Shown here one piece after another: positions 45,911 through 56,076 of a stretch of 57,831 bases of DNA. Origin of the DNA: a virus (taxonomy: Duplodnaviria > Caudoviricetes); the IMG/VR virus record IMGVR_UViG_3300006789_000027, positions 1 to 57,831 of that record, one strand, 5' to 3'. The number at the start of each line of letters is the position of its first letter. The stretch's first letter is position 1. The position numbers were made by a program, and so were the translations under genes. The notes beneath the pieces are model-generated. The model saw only the letters and a list, made by a program, of their open reading frames with translations, had not been told where the DNA came from and searched no databases.

Positions 45911-47398
45911 ATGGTTTCTAAAAAAGAAGAAATATTAGAAGAACTTCGGAAATGCTCCGAAGATCCCGCCTATTTCATTAGAAACTACGTAAACATTGAG
46001 CATCCTATTAAAGGCATAGTACCTTTCGATTTATATCGATTTCAAGAAAAAATTATTAGTGAAGTTGAAGAATACCGATTTAACATTATTAGGAAGTTTA
46101 GACAAGCGGGAATTACTACTATCTGTGCGGCGTATTCCCTTTGGGCTATAATCTTCAAAAATAATCACAATATTATGGTTGTCTCTATTGGAGATCGGGA
46201 ATCTACCGCATTTCTTCGCAGAGTAGTTCTCATGTATGATGATCTTCCTGTATGGCTTAAACCAAAGATTACTGAAAAAAACAAACACTCTTTGTACCTT
46301 AGCACTGGAAGTCGTGTAAGAGCTCAACCTGCTGGTGCTGGACGAGGTGAATCTGTATCTCACTTGATTGTTGATGAGGCTGCATTTGTTGATAAGATGC
46401 GTGAGTTTTGGGCTGCGGTATACCCTACAATTTCTACCGGAGGTAAGGCTACTTTGATTTCAACGGTTAATGGAATGTCTAATCTATACTACGAGCTTTA
46501 CCGGGATGCGGAGTTAAAGAAAAATTCTTTTAACGTATTAGACCTTCATTGGAGAGAGCATCCAGAATACACTGACGAGTGGGCTAAGGAGAATAGACCT
46601 ATTATTGGGGAACGCATGTGGGCTCAAGAGTATGAGTGTGAATTCCTTGGCACAGGAGATACTTTTATAGATGGAAACACCTTGAAGCGTCTAAAAGGAA
46701 ATTCTTGCGAGGACTACTCGACTAGACACTCGGGCAAACTTAGAGTATTTCGGGAGCCTGACCCGTACCACCAGTATGTGCTAAGCGTCGATACCTCTTT
46801 TGGTAGAGAGCGTGATTACTCTGCATTTCAGATTATTAATCTTTACAGTGGTGAGCAAGTAGCAGAGTTCTATTCAAACACCACTCCAATCTCTAACTTT
46901 GCAAAAATTATTAAATCAGAAGGTGATGCTTATAACACGGCTCACTTAGTAGTTGAAAGGAATGGTTTGGGGATTGCACTGATTCAAGAACTATTTGATG
47001 TTCTTGAGTACGAAAACATGTGGATGGATGACAAAGGAGAATTTGGAATCCAGATCACTACTAAAACGAGAGAAGGAGTACTCTCCTCTTTAGAGGAAGC
47101 TCTTCGAGCTTCCAAGTTCAAAATTAATTCTGAGCGGACAATTGATGAGTTGATGACCTTTATTGTGAACGACAGCGGTAAAGTTCAGGCTGATGACGGC
47201 TATCATGATGACCTAGTTATGAGCTTAGCCCTTGCAGCCTCTGTTCTTGAGGAGTTAAAAGATAATGCTCCTATTATTCCTATGGGGACTAAAGATTTGA
47301 ACGAGGATAATCCAATTAAAGAACAATATAATATTCCAATACACATATCTAATAATGATAAAACCACTGAGGACATGTCATGGGTGATAAAAGACTAA
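45911..47398 (+). CDS. Terminase large subunit (T4 gp17-like)
   Basis: DPAYFIRNYV..HP, RQAGITT, LIVDEAAF, STVNG, QEYECEF, VDTSFG...DYSA, VERN, HDDLVM. Confidence 0.95.
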   Translation: MVSKKEEILEELRKCSEDPAYFIRNYVNIEHPIKGIVPFDLYRFQEKIISEVEEYRFNIIRKFRQAGITTICAAYSLWAIIFKNNHNIMVVSIGDRESTAFLRRVVLMYDDLPVWLKPKITEKNKHSLYLSTGSRVRAQPAGAGRGESVSHLIVDEAAFVDKMREFWAAVYPTISTGGKATLISTVNGMSNLYYELYRDAELKKNSFNVLDLHWREHPEYTDEWAKENRPIIGERMWAQEYECEFLGTGDTFIDGNTLKRLKGNSCEDYSTRHSGKLRVFREPDPYHQYVLSVDTSFGRERDYSAFQIINLYSGEQVAEFYSNTTPISNFAKIIKSEGDAYNTAHLVVERNGLGIALIQELFDVLEYENMWMDDKGEFGIQITTKTREGVLSSLEEALRASKFKINSERTIDELMTFIVNDSGKVQADDGYHDDLVMSLALAASVLEELKDNAPIIPMGTKDLNEDNPIKEQYNIPIHISNNDKTTEDMSWVIKD

Positions 47399-48999
47399 AC
47401 GAAGATAATCTTAACGAATCGTATACTGAATTCGGCCAGTTCAAAGCCGGGTATGGAGCTACCGGAAGCGGAGCTCTTTCAAGCTTCTTTGGGAAGTTTT
47501 TTGCTCGTAGGGGACGTAAGTTCACAAAAGGCGGAAGACTTGCAGGAGATGCCGCTACAACCTCAGATACCTTTGAGGGTGTTCCAGGTATTGGAGTTTC
47601 CAAAGGACTTCCTAAGTTGCCTCAGGTTGAATACGAACGAAAACGTAGGTATAAAGAGTATGAGGATATGGATGAGTATCCAGAAATCGGAGCCGCGTTG
47701 GACATCTATTCTGATGATGCATCGCAAAAGAATATCCGAGGAGAGGTTTTTGAGGTTAATGGTCCCAATGAGCAGATTGAATCTATCGTAAAAGATTTTC
47801 TTGAAACTGCAAAAATTAAAGAGTTTATCTGGGATATTATTCGTAACGTATGTAAGTACGGAGATTGTTTTATTGAGAATATTGTGGACCTTAATAACCA
47901 AGATGCGGGAATCCAAAGAATTAAAATCTTAAACCCCAACTATGTCTCCAGGGTTGAAAATAAGTATGGGTACTTGGAAAACTTCCTACAGGAGATTCCA
48001 GAAGCTAAAAGTGCTTTTCTTCCCGATCCTAGTCAAGGGATGGGTCAAGGAACTGGCAAGTATATGAAGCTCGATAAGGAGCAGGTCGTTCACTTTAGAA
48101 CGCATACTTCCGATCCAAATTTTTACCCTTATGGCAAGTCAATCTTAGCCGCAGGAGTAAGAGCTTGGAAGTCTTTGAAGCTTATGGAAGATGCTATGCT
48201 CATCTACAGGTTGGCCCGTGCTCCAGAAAGACGTGTGTTTTATGTCGATGTAGGTAACATGCCTACTTCTAAAGTAGAAATGTATATGGAGCGTCTTAAG
48301 CAGAAGTTTAAGAAAGAAAAGTTTTGGGATGGTCAAACAGGTAACATCAGTGAAAGATATAACCCTTTATCCACGGACGAAGATTTCTTTGTCCCTACGA
48401 GACCTAAAGGTTCAACTAAAATCGAAACCCTACCAGGAGCTCAAAATCTTGGCGAGACCGACGATGTAAAATACTTTAGAGATAAGCTCCTTGCAGCACT
48501 TAAAGTACCCAAAGATTATATTGTAGAAAAGGATAAATCTCCAGAGCGCAAAGCAAACCTTTCCCAATTGGATATTAAATTTGCACGTGCGGTTACTAGA
48601 GTCCAACGAGAGGTAGAGATTGGACTTACCATGCTTGCTAAGAGACATCTTACTCTTCGCAATATTCCAGGTCATCAACTCATAGGTCTTGAAGTTGTTC
48701 TATGTCCTCCTTCCGACATGTTCGAAAAGAGACGGCTAGAATTGGATGATCAAAAAATTAGAGTAGTTCAAGCCGTTAAGGGTTTGGAATTATTCCCGGA
48801 TGAATGGATTTATGAAAACTATTTCCAAATGACAGAGCAAGGTATTAAAGATACTATGTCTAAAATGGAAGCTCAAAAGGAAAAGCAAGCTGAAGCGATG
48901 GCAGCTCAAGATCCTATGGCAGGGGGAATGCCTCCCCCTATGCCGGGAGAAGAAGGTATGGAAGGTGAAGAAATGCCTCCAGATGAGGAGCCTGTATAA
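47380..48999 (+). CDS. Portal protein (T4 gp20-like)
   Basis: PEIGAALDIY, YGKSIL, MEDAMLIYRLARAPERRVFYVDVGN, EDFFVP, TLPGAQNL, ALKVP. Confidence 0.95.
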   Translation: MGDKRLNEDNLNESYTEFGQFKAGYGATGSGALSSFFGKFFARRGRKFTKGGRLAGDAATTSDTFEGVPGIGVSKGLPKLPQVEYERKRRYKEYEDMDEYPEIGAALDIYSDDASQKNIRGEVFEVNGPNEQIESIVKDFLETAKIKEFIWDIIRNVCKYGDCFIENIVDLNNQDAGIQRIKILNPNYVSRVENKYGYLENFLQEIPEAKSAFLPDPSQGMGQGTGKYMKLDKEQVVHFRTHTSDPNFYPYGKSILAAGVRAWKSLKLMEDAMLIYRLARAPERRVFYVDVGNMPTSKVEMYMERLKQKFKKEKFWDGQTGNISERYNPLSTDEDFFVPTRPKGSTKIETLPGAQNLGETDDVKYFRDKLLAALKVPKDYIVEKDKSPERKANLSQLDIKFARAVTRVQREVEIGLTMLAKRHLTLRNIPGHQLIGLEVVLCPPSDMFEKRRLELDDQKIRVVQAVKGLELFPDEWIYENYFQMTEQGIKDTMSKMEAQKEKQAEAMAAQDPMAGGMPPPMPGEEGMEGEEMPPDEEPV

Positions 49000-49051
49000 A
49001 TTTCTCAAATAAAAATAGAATAATATCTGTATATAAAATAGGAAAATAACC

Positions 49052-50713
49052 ATGAATTTCGAAAATAGAAACAAGGACTTAACCAATATCCATAAAGCAG
49101 CTGATTACCTTAGCCGTTCCCTTAGAGAGAACTTGAAGGTTTTCTCTGTAGATTCCGCCAATGGAAGAGTAACATTTCTCTCTGAGGCAGAGGTTGCTAT
49201 CCATTGTGACTACGAAATCTCCAAAGGATCCGCTCACCTGTCTAACTTTGATATTGAACCAATCGCAGTAATGCTTTCAGAAAAGAAAGTTAGTGATAAG
49301 ATTGAAGGGTCTATTTCAGAATTTGTATCTTCACTTCGTGAAAACAGATACGATGTGGCAGATACTTCTTTTGACGATGTTATTGGGTTATTTGAAACTC
49401 GTAGTAATCTTAAAGATTTAAATTCTCGTGTAGGAAAGCATATGGCATCCTTTGATGATAAAACTAAGATTATTGAGTCTGAAGAATTTAGTAAGTTAGA
49501 GCAGATTAAGGATATCATGGTTTCTTATATCTCTGAAAACAAAGAAAAGGTTTTAGGCAATAAAGATATTTCTAACTCTTTGAGAGTTGCTAATGCTCTC
49601 AGAACTGCTTTTAACGCTCCTGATACTAACTACGAAAGCTTAGTGGAAGGTGCAAGATTCTCTGTAGATCTCTGTGCGGATGCTTCTCTTTACGAAATGA
49701 TTTGTAAGCAGGAGTTGGTTCGCCAAGAACTTCTCGAGGCTAAAGAAGAATTTGCAAACACATGGATCTCTAACGACGCTATCCAAAATCTTGCATCTTG
49801 TATTTACGCTAAGGACGAAGCTCTACAAGAAACTCTTAAAAACATCTTGGAAGAAGTTCCTTACTTTGCATTCGCTACCAAATCGGACTTGAACGAAGTA
49901 TTCACTTCTGTGTTCGAGGTAAACTCCACAGATGTGGTGACCAAGAAAGAAATTAAAGAATTCACTCGTAAGTTGTACGAGTGGAAAAAGCCTGCAAAGG
50001 AAGAGATTACCCAACTACTTGATGAGAAGTATGGAATCAACGTTGCAAACCTCAAGTTTATCCCAACGTTTAGTAACTTGGCAAGAACTCAGTCCGTAAT
50101 GTTTGAAGTTCTTTCGATGCTTTCTGAAGATAATAGTCTTGTACAAGACATCTCAAGAGATTTCTCTAAATTCATCTCCAAGAAAGGTGGTGTTGAAACC
50201 CTAACCTTGAACGATTTTATTGTAGAGTGTTTCGAAGAAGCTTTGGAAGAGCCCCTCAAAGAAAATCTTCTTATGCAGTACGTAGACATGCCTAGACTGT
50301 CCCGTGATATTTCGGCTCTCAAGACCCTTGTAGTAGGAGATGATGCTCCTGTGGGCGGGGAAATGGGCGGAGAAGAGATGGGAGAGGAAGTTCCTGAAGA
50401 AGAAGTACCTGAGGAAGGAATGGAAGAAGAAGTACCTGAAGAGGGTATGGAAGAAGAGGTTCCTGAAGAGGGTATGGACGAAGAGGTACCTGAGGAAGGT
50501 ATGGAAGAAGAGGTTCCTGAAGAAGGAATGCCTGAAGAAGAGGAAGGTGTGCCTGTAGGTGACGATTCTACGGAAGAGATTCCTTTTGGAGGCGGAGGTG
50601 AAGATGAAGGAACTCCGCAAAACTCTCTTGCTTCGGATCTAGAAGCTCTTGTTAAGAGTTTGGGTCTTGGGAGAGAAGAGGAAGAGGACGGAGACGACCA
50701 GTACGAAGCCTAA
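49052..50713 (+). CDS. Probable prohead core/scaffold-type protein with acidic repeat tail
   Basis: Directly after portal; helical and acidic; EEVPEEGM x5. Confidence 0.5.
   Translation: MNFENRNKDLTNIHKAADYLSRSLRENLKVFSVDSANGRVTFLSEAEVAIHCDYEISKGSAHLSNFDIEPIAVMLSEKKVSDKIEGSISEFVSSLRENRYDVADTSFDDVIGLFETRSNLKDLNSRVGKHMASFDDKTKIIESEEFSKLEQIKDIMVSYISENKEKVLGNKDISNSLRVANALRTAFNAPDTNYESLVEGARFSVDLCADASLYEMICKQELVRQELLEAKEEFANTWISNDAIQNLASCIYAKDEALQETLKNILEEVPYFAFATKSDLNEVFTSVFEVNSTDVVTKKEIKEFTRKLYEWKKPAKEEITQLLDEKYGINVANLKFIPTFSNLARTQSVMFEVLSMLSEDNSLVQDISRDFSKFISKKGGVETLTLNDFIVECFEEALEEPLKENLLMQYVDMPRLSRDISALKTLVVGDDAPVGGEMGGEEMGEEVPEEEVPEEGMEEEVPEEGMEEEVPEEGMDEEVPEEGMEEEVPEEGMPEEEEGVPVGDDSTEEIPFGGGGEDEGTPQNSLASDLEALVKSLGLGREEEEDGDDQYEA
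50396..50530 (+). repeat. Five 27-bp coding tandem repeats (xEEVPEEGM)
   Basis: GAAGA(A/G)GT(A/T)CCTGA(A/G)GA(A/G)GG(A/T)ATG units. Confidence 0.85.
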
Positions 50714-50937
50714 TCTAAAATATATCCCTGCTTGATCCAACGTCGTAGAATATGTTGATGCCTATTCTGCATACCTAAAAGCTCTACGACGATACTTTCA
50801 AGTCCCTCAATAGAGTCCTCTGTTATTTCGGAGGACTCTAAAACTTTTTCAAGTTTCTGCATGATATACTTTAGAGAGTCCTGATCGTCATCAGACATCT
50901 TGTTTATCTTAGCTTCTTTAATTTTCTTTGATTCCAT
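50710..50937 (-). CDS. Small hypothetical protein
   Basis: Helical ORF overlapping the helicase stop. Confidence 0.5.
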   Translation of the reverse strand: MESKKIKEAKINKMSDDDQDSLKYIMQKLEKVLESSEITEDSIEGLESIVVELLGMQNRHQHILRRWIKQGYILD

Positions 50938-52285
50938 GAATATCGACCTCAAAATTCAAAGACTTATAAGCTCTAAGCCTTTGGATTGAATGTTTCCCTA
51001 AATAGGGAGCTCTATCTATAAAATCATAGATAAAAACTTTGGATTTATTCTCATGTTTTCTTAAAGTTCTTCCTAATGCTTGAACCGTAGCAATCTCAGA
51101 TTTCAAACCTCGAGCATTAATAAGATGAGTGAGTTCGGGAATATCGACCCCTGTCTGAAAGATAATCGTCCCAATGATTATAGAAGGTCCAGGAGCATCT
51201 ATAAAGCTCCGTAAGGTCTTATCTCTATCTTCAAGACTATCCTTACCCTCTAATTTAAAAGAGCCTGGAAGGAGGTTGTGTAGCTTCTCCGCATGCTTTA
51301 AGTTTTTCGTGAGAATAAGAACTTTTGAATGGTTTCCGGTAATACCCTTGGCAATATTTGCAATCGTGTTGTTACGCTCTTCGCTTTCGACAATGTAATC
51401 ATTGTAAATTTCCATATAGGACTGACCCTTATATTTGTCTGAGTCAATATCCGGAAGAGTAATCATCTGAATAGATGGAGGGGTGAGATACCCATCTTCG
51501 ATTAGTTCTTCAGCGGTGACATACTCTATCTCCTTACCTAGAAAGGATGTTAGGGATAATTTAGAAAACTTTTCCGTGGGGGGAGTAGCCGTCATTCCAA
51601 TCCTGACAGAGGAAGAAGGAAAGGATTTCAGTACTTTAGTAGCCAGTTTCCCTTTAGCGAACTCATGAATCTCATCAAACATGATAAAATCAGAATCTTC
51701 TAAATGGGACATAATAATTTTATCCACCGATTGAATCGTACAAAGAGTAATATCCTTAATGTCCACCCCATCCCCAAAAGCTACTCCAACATCAATACCA
51801 TGCTCTGTCAGAAATTTATGCGTTTGAGACAAAAGTTGTTTTTTGTTAAAGAACACAATTCCCTTTTTACCTTCCAAGGCTTTTAAGAGTCCTCCCATAA
51901 CAATAGTCTTCCCACTTCCAGTAGGAGCTTTAATGATACACGCTCGTCTCTCTAAAGCCTCCTCAACGAGATACTTCTGGTACGGACGATATTCGATCCC
52001 TTCTAAGTCATAGTCTCCAAAGGAGATATCGCTTCTGCTGTCCACAAGTTCGAAGTCCCTCTCCAAATAATTCAAATCCTCAATAATGCTATATAACAGC
52101 CCAGTACCAAATTTTCCAGTTTTGGAGCTGAAAAATTCTTTTTCTCCGTTCCAAGACCCTCTTCGATAAGAAGGGGTAAATTGGTATCCGGGAGTTTTAC
52201 AGCTATATTTCTTTCCTAAAGCCTTGAGAAGTTTTTTCTCTTTAGTTTTTAGTACAGAATATACATTAGAAATAAAAATTTTCAT
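50918..52285 (-). CDS. uvsW: SF2 DNA helicase (UvsW-like)
   Basis: RPYQ, PTGSGKT, DEIH, GMTATP, TGVDIP, QALGRTLR. Confidence 0.88.
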   Translation of the reverse strand: MKIFISNVYSVLKTKEKKLLKALGKKYSCKTPGYQFTPSYRRGSWNGEKEFFSSKTGKFGTGLLYSIIEDLNYLERDFELVDSRSDISFGDYDLEGIEYRPYQKYLVEEALERRACIIKAPTGSGKTIVMGGLLKALEGKKGIVFFNKKQLLSQTHKFLTEHGIDVGVAFGDGVDIKDITLCTIQSVDKIIMSHLEDSDFIMFDEIHEFAKGKLATKVLKSFPSSSVRIGMTATPPTEKFSKLSLTSFLGKEIEYVTAEELIEDGYLTPPSIQMITLPDIDSDKYKGQSYMEIYNDYIVESEERNNTIANIAKGITGNHSKVLILTKNLKHAEKLHNLLPGSFKLEGKDSLEDRDKTLRSFIDAPGPSIIIGTIIFQTGVDIPELTHLINARGLKSEIATVQALGRTLRKHENKSKVFIYDFIDRAPYLGKHSIQRLRAYKSLNFEVDIHGIKEN

Positions 52286-52331
52286 AAAATTTATCGTTCT
52301 TTTCTATTATAGATAGAAAACTCACATTATT

Positions 52332-53171
52332 ATGTCAGAAGAAAAAACAATTTTAGATCTCGCAAAAGCAGGAGCCGCCCAACAGGAAGCATCAAATCCA
52401 GGGTCTCCTCAAGTTCCAGTAAGCAATCAACGCCAGGAAGATTCCTCTGTTTCCGATGCCCTATCAGAACTACTTTCTAAGGTGGAAAGCAAGGGAGCGT
52501 GGGTTCCTGTAAAGCTACCATCTCTAGGAAAATACAATGAAGGTTTGGGAGATACGGTTGAGCTTAGACCTTTTAACTTTGAGGATGAGAAAATCCTTAG
52601 ATCTGTCAAAAACATGACGGATATTAAGAATGCAGTAACTACTCTCTTTAACAGATGTACTAGAGGAATTCCTTACCCCCAAATGAGTTTAGTAGACAAA
52701 AGTTATTTGCTTTTTAAGCTTAGAGAGATCTCTTATGGGGCTGAGTATCCTATAGAAGCAGAATGCCAGTCTTGCCAAACCAAGAATGAACTTACTATAG
52801 AATTGGATAAGTTGGGAACTAATTATGCTTCCGACGACGCAAGTGCTGAGATGACAATTATGTTACCAGACTCAGAAGTAGAAGCTTCTATTAGAATCCC
52901 GAGAACAGTAGACGAGCCTCTTCTAGATAATCCTGCCGCTCTTATGGACAACCTTTGGAGATTTGTTACCCGCGTGGGAACTCACACGGAGCGTATTATT
53001 ATTCAAAACTTTATTACAAAAACATCGGCAAGAGATGTCGCAGTAATCAGAGAATCTATTTTTGGAGATAAAGCAGGACTTGAAACAAAGGTAATGTTTA
53101 GATGTCTCCAGTGCGATAGTGAGCAAATAACAGAACTACCTTTAAATGAAAATTTTTTCTCGGTGAATTAG
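52332..53171 (+). CDS. T4 gp26-like baseplate hub / tail-assembly chaperone
   Basis: LPSLG, LRPF..EDE.IL, D..YLL..LR.ISYG, two CxxC, ends ENFF. Confidence 0.75.
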   Translation: MSEEKTILDLAKAGAAQQEASNPGSPQVPVSNQRQEDSSVSDALSELLSKVESKGAWVPVKLPSLGKYNEGLGDTVELRPFNFEDEKILRSVKNMTDIKNAVTTLFNRCTRGIPYPQMSLVDKSYLLFKLREISYGAEYPIEAECQSCQTKNELTIELDKLGTNYASDDASAEMTIMLPDSEVEASIRIPRTVDEPLLDNPAALMDNLWRFVTRVGTHTERIIIQNFITKTSARDVAVIRESIFGDKAGLETKVMFRCLQCDSEQITELPLNENFFSVN

Positions 53172-53347
53172 AAGCTCGGCTAGATGGAGATTCCTTGTAT
53201 CAGGAGTCCTATATCCTAGTTCACCTTTGTGGGTTTAGCCTTAAAGATGTCTACACTATGACCTATATGGACAGAGGAGAATACATAAAAATAAGAAAGG
53301 AAGAGTCCGACAGAGAATCCGAAGAAATGAGTAAAGTAGAACAGTAA
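53156..53347 (+). CDS. gp51-like ORF in the -1 frame (not in ORF track)
   Basis: LYQESYILVHLCGFSLKDVYTMTYMDRGEYIK; no upstream ATG; entered via T TTT TTC at 53153-53159 or TTG 53195. Confidence 0.65.
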   Translation, partial: FLGELEARLDGDSLYQESYILVHLCGFSLKDVYTMTYMDRGEYIKIRKEESDRESEEMSKVEQ

Positions 53348-53366
53348 ATACCTTGAAGGATTTACT

Positions 53367-54278
53367 ATGGTACAACTTAACGGACACAACGTAACCCCAA
53401 GACACAACCGACCAGGAGTCTTGGGAAACACTTATTTGGAGTTTTTCTTCATCAATAACGGCGCTTTTGCACATCCTTACGAGGTGTGCAGTGTTCATAT
53501 ATTCGCGGATACCACTAACGGAGATTCTAGCGAACTAATAAACTCAAGCGGAACCTTAGATTCAAGCACTGTAAGCTCATTAGCCAAAATGGAGTTTACA
53601 AACTCTGCGACGGTTCTTGGCACACTCCCCGACTCGTCAGGGTTCGATCCAACAGGATTTGGAGACGATGTGAATACAGCCAGTGCAATTTACAGGATTG
53701 GGGATGGAGAGGGACACTTTGCAGTGGCACTGAAACCTAACGCATTGTGGGCAGGAGGAGCATCAGCAAATAGCGCCTCTTCCACAGGAAAATATTTTGA
53801 TATTTGGACTGTAGTAGATGTAAACGGATCTGATCCAAGAACTTACGTACACGCCTTTGAATTATTCAGGGATGTAATATTCTCTATCACAGAGCCTTTA
53901 CTGGTCACTACATCTCACGCCTTGGTGCAGAAATACGTAAATAAGAATTCCATTGTAAAATTACAAATCAAATCCGACCACGTAGTAAACAATAGGAATA
54001 TTTCCGAAGAGATCAAGAACGTTTTTACTCAGTCCGTAGTAAACAATGCAGCTGTTCGAATTATCAAGTTGAAGGAGGACACCTCTACTGGTCTACCTTA
54101 TGACCAAATTAAGGATTGGGGAGATACTTCCGGATATGTCCAAATTGATTCTGCAGACACAATTACCTATAATTGGGATACTAGTGGAATGGAAACGGGT
54201 ATGTACGAACTCCAAGTAAGCTCTACAGTCCTAGATCAAACGATAATGAGTGACAAGTTTAACTTAGTAGTTCGTTGA
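53367..54278 (+). CDS. Putative virion structural protein
   Basis: S/T/G-rich beta-type sequence; TAAATA upstream. Confidence 0.6.
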   Translation: MVQLNGHNVTPRHNRPGVLGNTYLEFFFINNGAFAHPYEVCSVHIFADTTNGDSSELINSSGTLDSSTVSSLAKMEFTNSATVLGTLPDSSGFDPTGFGDDVNTASAIYRIGDGEGHFAVALKPNALWAGGASANSASSTGKYFDIWTVVDVNGSDPRTYVHAFELFRDVIFSITEPLLVTTSHALVQKYVNKNSIVKLQIKSDHVVNNRNISEEIKNVFTQSVVNNAAVRIIKLKEDTSTGLPYDQIKDWGDTSGYVQIDSADTITYNWDTSGMETGMYELQVSSTVLDQTIMSDKFNLVVR

Positions 54279-55239
54279 CCCTGAAGTCGAAACCCATCTT
54301 CCGTACGTTCTTATTGATGTGCATAACCACATCTTTCTTAGGGGCTTGGACAGTAAACTCGTTCCAGTCCTTGAATCTTTCAGGAGGCTGAACAACCCAA
54401 GGAATAGGAAGATTTTTAGATTTAATAAGTCTAAGAGATTTTAACATTCCTTCTTTGCCCGGAGCATCATTATCAAAAGAAAGGATAATTTTAAAGCCAT
54501 CTAACTCTTTTAACTGTGCATGAGACATGAAGCTTCCCTGAATACTGGTAGCATTAACACCTAGGCTTTGAAGGGCAATCGCATCCAGGGGACCTTCTAC
54601 AACTACCACATAGGATTCGAAGCAATCAAAAGGAAAGAGAACCTCAGAGGATTTGACGCCGTGCTCTTTATGAGTAGGATTAAGATACTTCATACCTCCC
54701 CCCAATATGTTTCTAGCTTGGAAATAGTAAAGCCCCCCCATATCCTCATAAGGAATAATGAGACGATTTACATACTTCCCTCCTGTAGCAACATAGAATT
54801 TTTGGTCTTTTAAACCTCTAGACCTAATCATTTTACAAGCCAACTTCTCTATCAGGGACTCTGAGAATCTGCTGGTATCATAGTCTAAAAGTTTAAAGTG
54901 CTCTAGCTCATTCTGGATATCCAAAGAGTTTAGAGGGTCAGGAGCTTTAGATTTTTGAGGAGTATAGAACAATAGCTCTGGCGTATCAACCAGTCTCCTC
55001 ATCACCTTAACCGAAGCCTCATCATAGGAAATACCTTCTATGAAGGATACTAGATGAACAAAACTCCCCCTCTCTTTAGACTTGAAACACTGCCATAACC
55101 CAGTCTCTCCATTAACAGACATATGTTTCTTGGAATCCTCAAAAAACAAAGAATTCACGATAAATTCCTCACCCGCTACATGATAATCTTGGAATTTATC
55201 AGCAATATACTCTTTAATAATACTAGGAGGAATCTTCAT
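54259..55239 (-). CDS. DNA primase (DnaG/Toprim)
   Basis: NRLIIP, FQAR, KYLNP, VVEGPLDA, FDND..G, KDWNE. Confidence 0.9.
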   Translation of the reverse strand: MKIPPSIIKEYIADKFQDYHVAGEEFIVNSLFFEDSKKHMSVNGETGLWQCFKSKERGSFVHLVSFIEGISYDEASVKVMRRLVDTPELLFYTPQKSKAPDPLNSLDIQNELEHFKLLDYDTSRFSESLIEKLACKMIRSRGLKDQKFYVATGGKYVNRLIIPYEDMGGLYYFQARNILGGGMKYLNPTHKEHGVKSSEVLFPFDCFESYVVVVEGPLDAIALQSLGVNATSIQGSFMSHAQLKELDGFKIILSFDNDAPGKEGMLKSLRLIKSKNLPIPWVVQPPERFKDWNEFTVQAPKKDVVMHINKNVRKMGFDFRVNELLS

Positions 55240-55284
55240 AAATACATTAATGGGGGTTCACAACATATTAAAGAACAACAGACC

Positions 55285-56076
55285 ATGTTTATTTCAAAAG
55301 TTTCCCCAAGTAAATTAAAAACCTACGATGAATGTCGTCAGCGTTACAAGTTCAGATACGTAGATTATTTGAAAGACCTCTATAACCCTAACAGTAATAC
55401 CAACGCTCTTCAATTCGGATCTTACGTGCACAAGATTCTGGAGGATGGTGTAGAGGCTAAATCAGTAGATGAACTTCGGAGGCTCGCTGAGGAGCTTCGT
55501 CCTAATTATAAATTTTCGGACAGAAAGAAGGAGGCTCAGATGGATAAAATTCTGGAGAACTTCTTCAAGTTTAACGCTCAGCTAGAGGAAAATGTAAGTA
55601 CAGAACTTCCTTTTGAAATTAAGATGACTGATGATTTTGCTATAAACGGAATCATTGACCGTGTAATCAAAGGAAAAACTGGCAAATACTTAGTAATTGA
55701 TTATAAGACTTCTAGACAAGCAGCTTCAAAAAGGTCATTGTTTAAAGACCCTCAGATGCTCATGTATGCTTATGCAATCCACAAACTGTATAATGTTCCT
55801 TTTTCTGACATTACAGTTTCACATTACTATCCACACTTGGATAAGCTGGTAGCTATTAGTTATGGACCTACTCAGGTTAATGCTTTCCTCAGGACTCTAA
55901 AGGATAAAATCTGGGAGATTAGAAAAAAGAAGTCTCAAGACCTTAAACCTATCCTGAATCAGTTTTGTGACTGGTGTAGCTTCAAAGACCTATGTCCAGA
56001 ATTTGGAGGAACCTCAAAGATGCTGGAAGAAGCTAAGGCTAAAGAAAAAGAAAAATACCCACGTAAAAAACCTTAA
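55285..56076 (+). CDS. PD-(D/E)XK RecB/AddB-like nuclease with Cys cluster
   Basis: SPS.L..Y..C, GSYVH, GIIDR, IDYKTS, QM..YA, CDWCSFKDLC. Start moved to ATG 55285. Confidence 0.85.
   Translation: MFISKVSPSKLKTYDECRQRYKFRYVDYLKDLYNPNSNTNALQFGSYVHKILEDGVEAKSVDELRRLAEELRPNYKFSDRKKEAQMDKILENFFKFNAQLEENVSTELPFEIKMTDDFAINGIIDRVIKGKTGKYLVIDYKTSRQAASKRSLFKDPQMLMYAYAIHKLYNVPFSDITVSHYYPHLDKLVAISYGPTQVNAFLRTLKDKIWEIRKKKSQDLKPILNQFCDWCSFKDLCPEFGGTSKMLEEAKAKEKEKYPRKKP

Noticed and set aside
45911-52285. Inteins, introns or stop-codon reassignment in core genes
   Set aside because: Terminase, portal and helicase are uninterrupted, of normal length, and read in the standard code.
55285-56076. Cas4 as evidence of a CRISPR system
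   Set aside because: Stand-alone RecB/Cas4-like nucleases are common in phages; no array or other cas genes.
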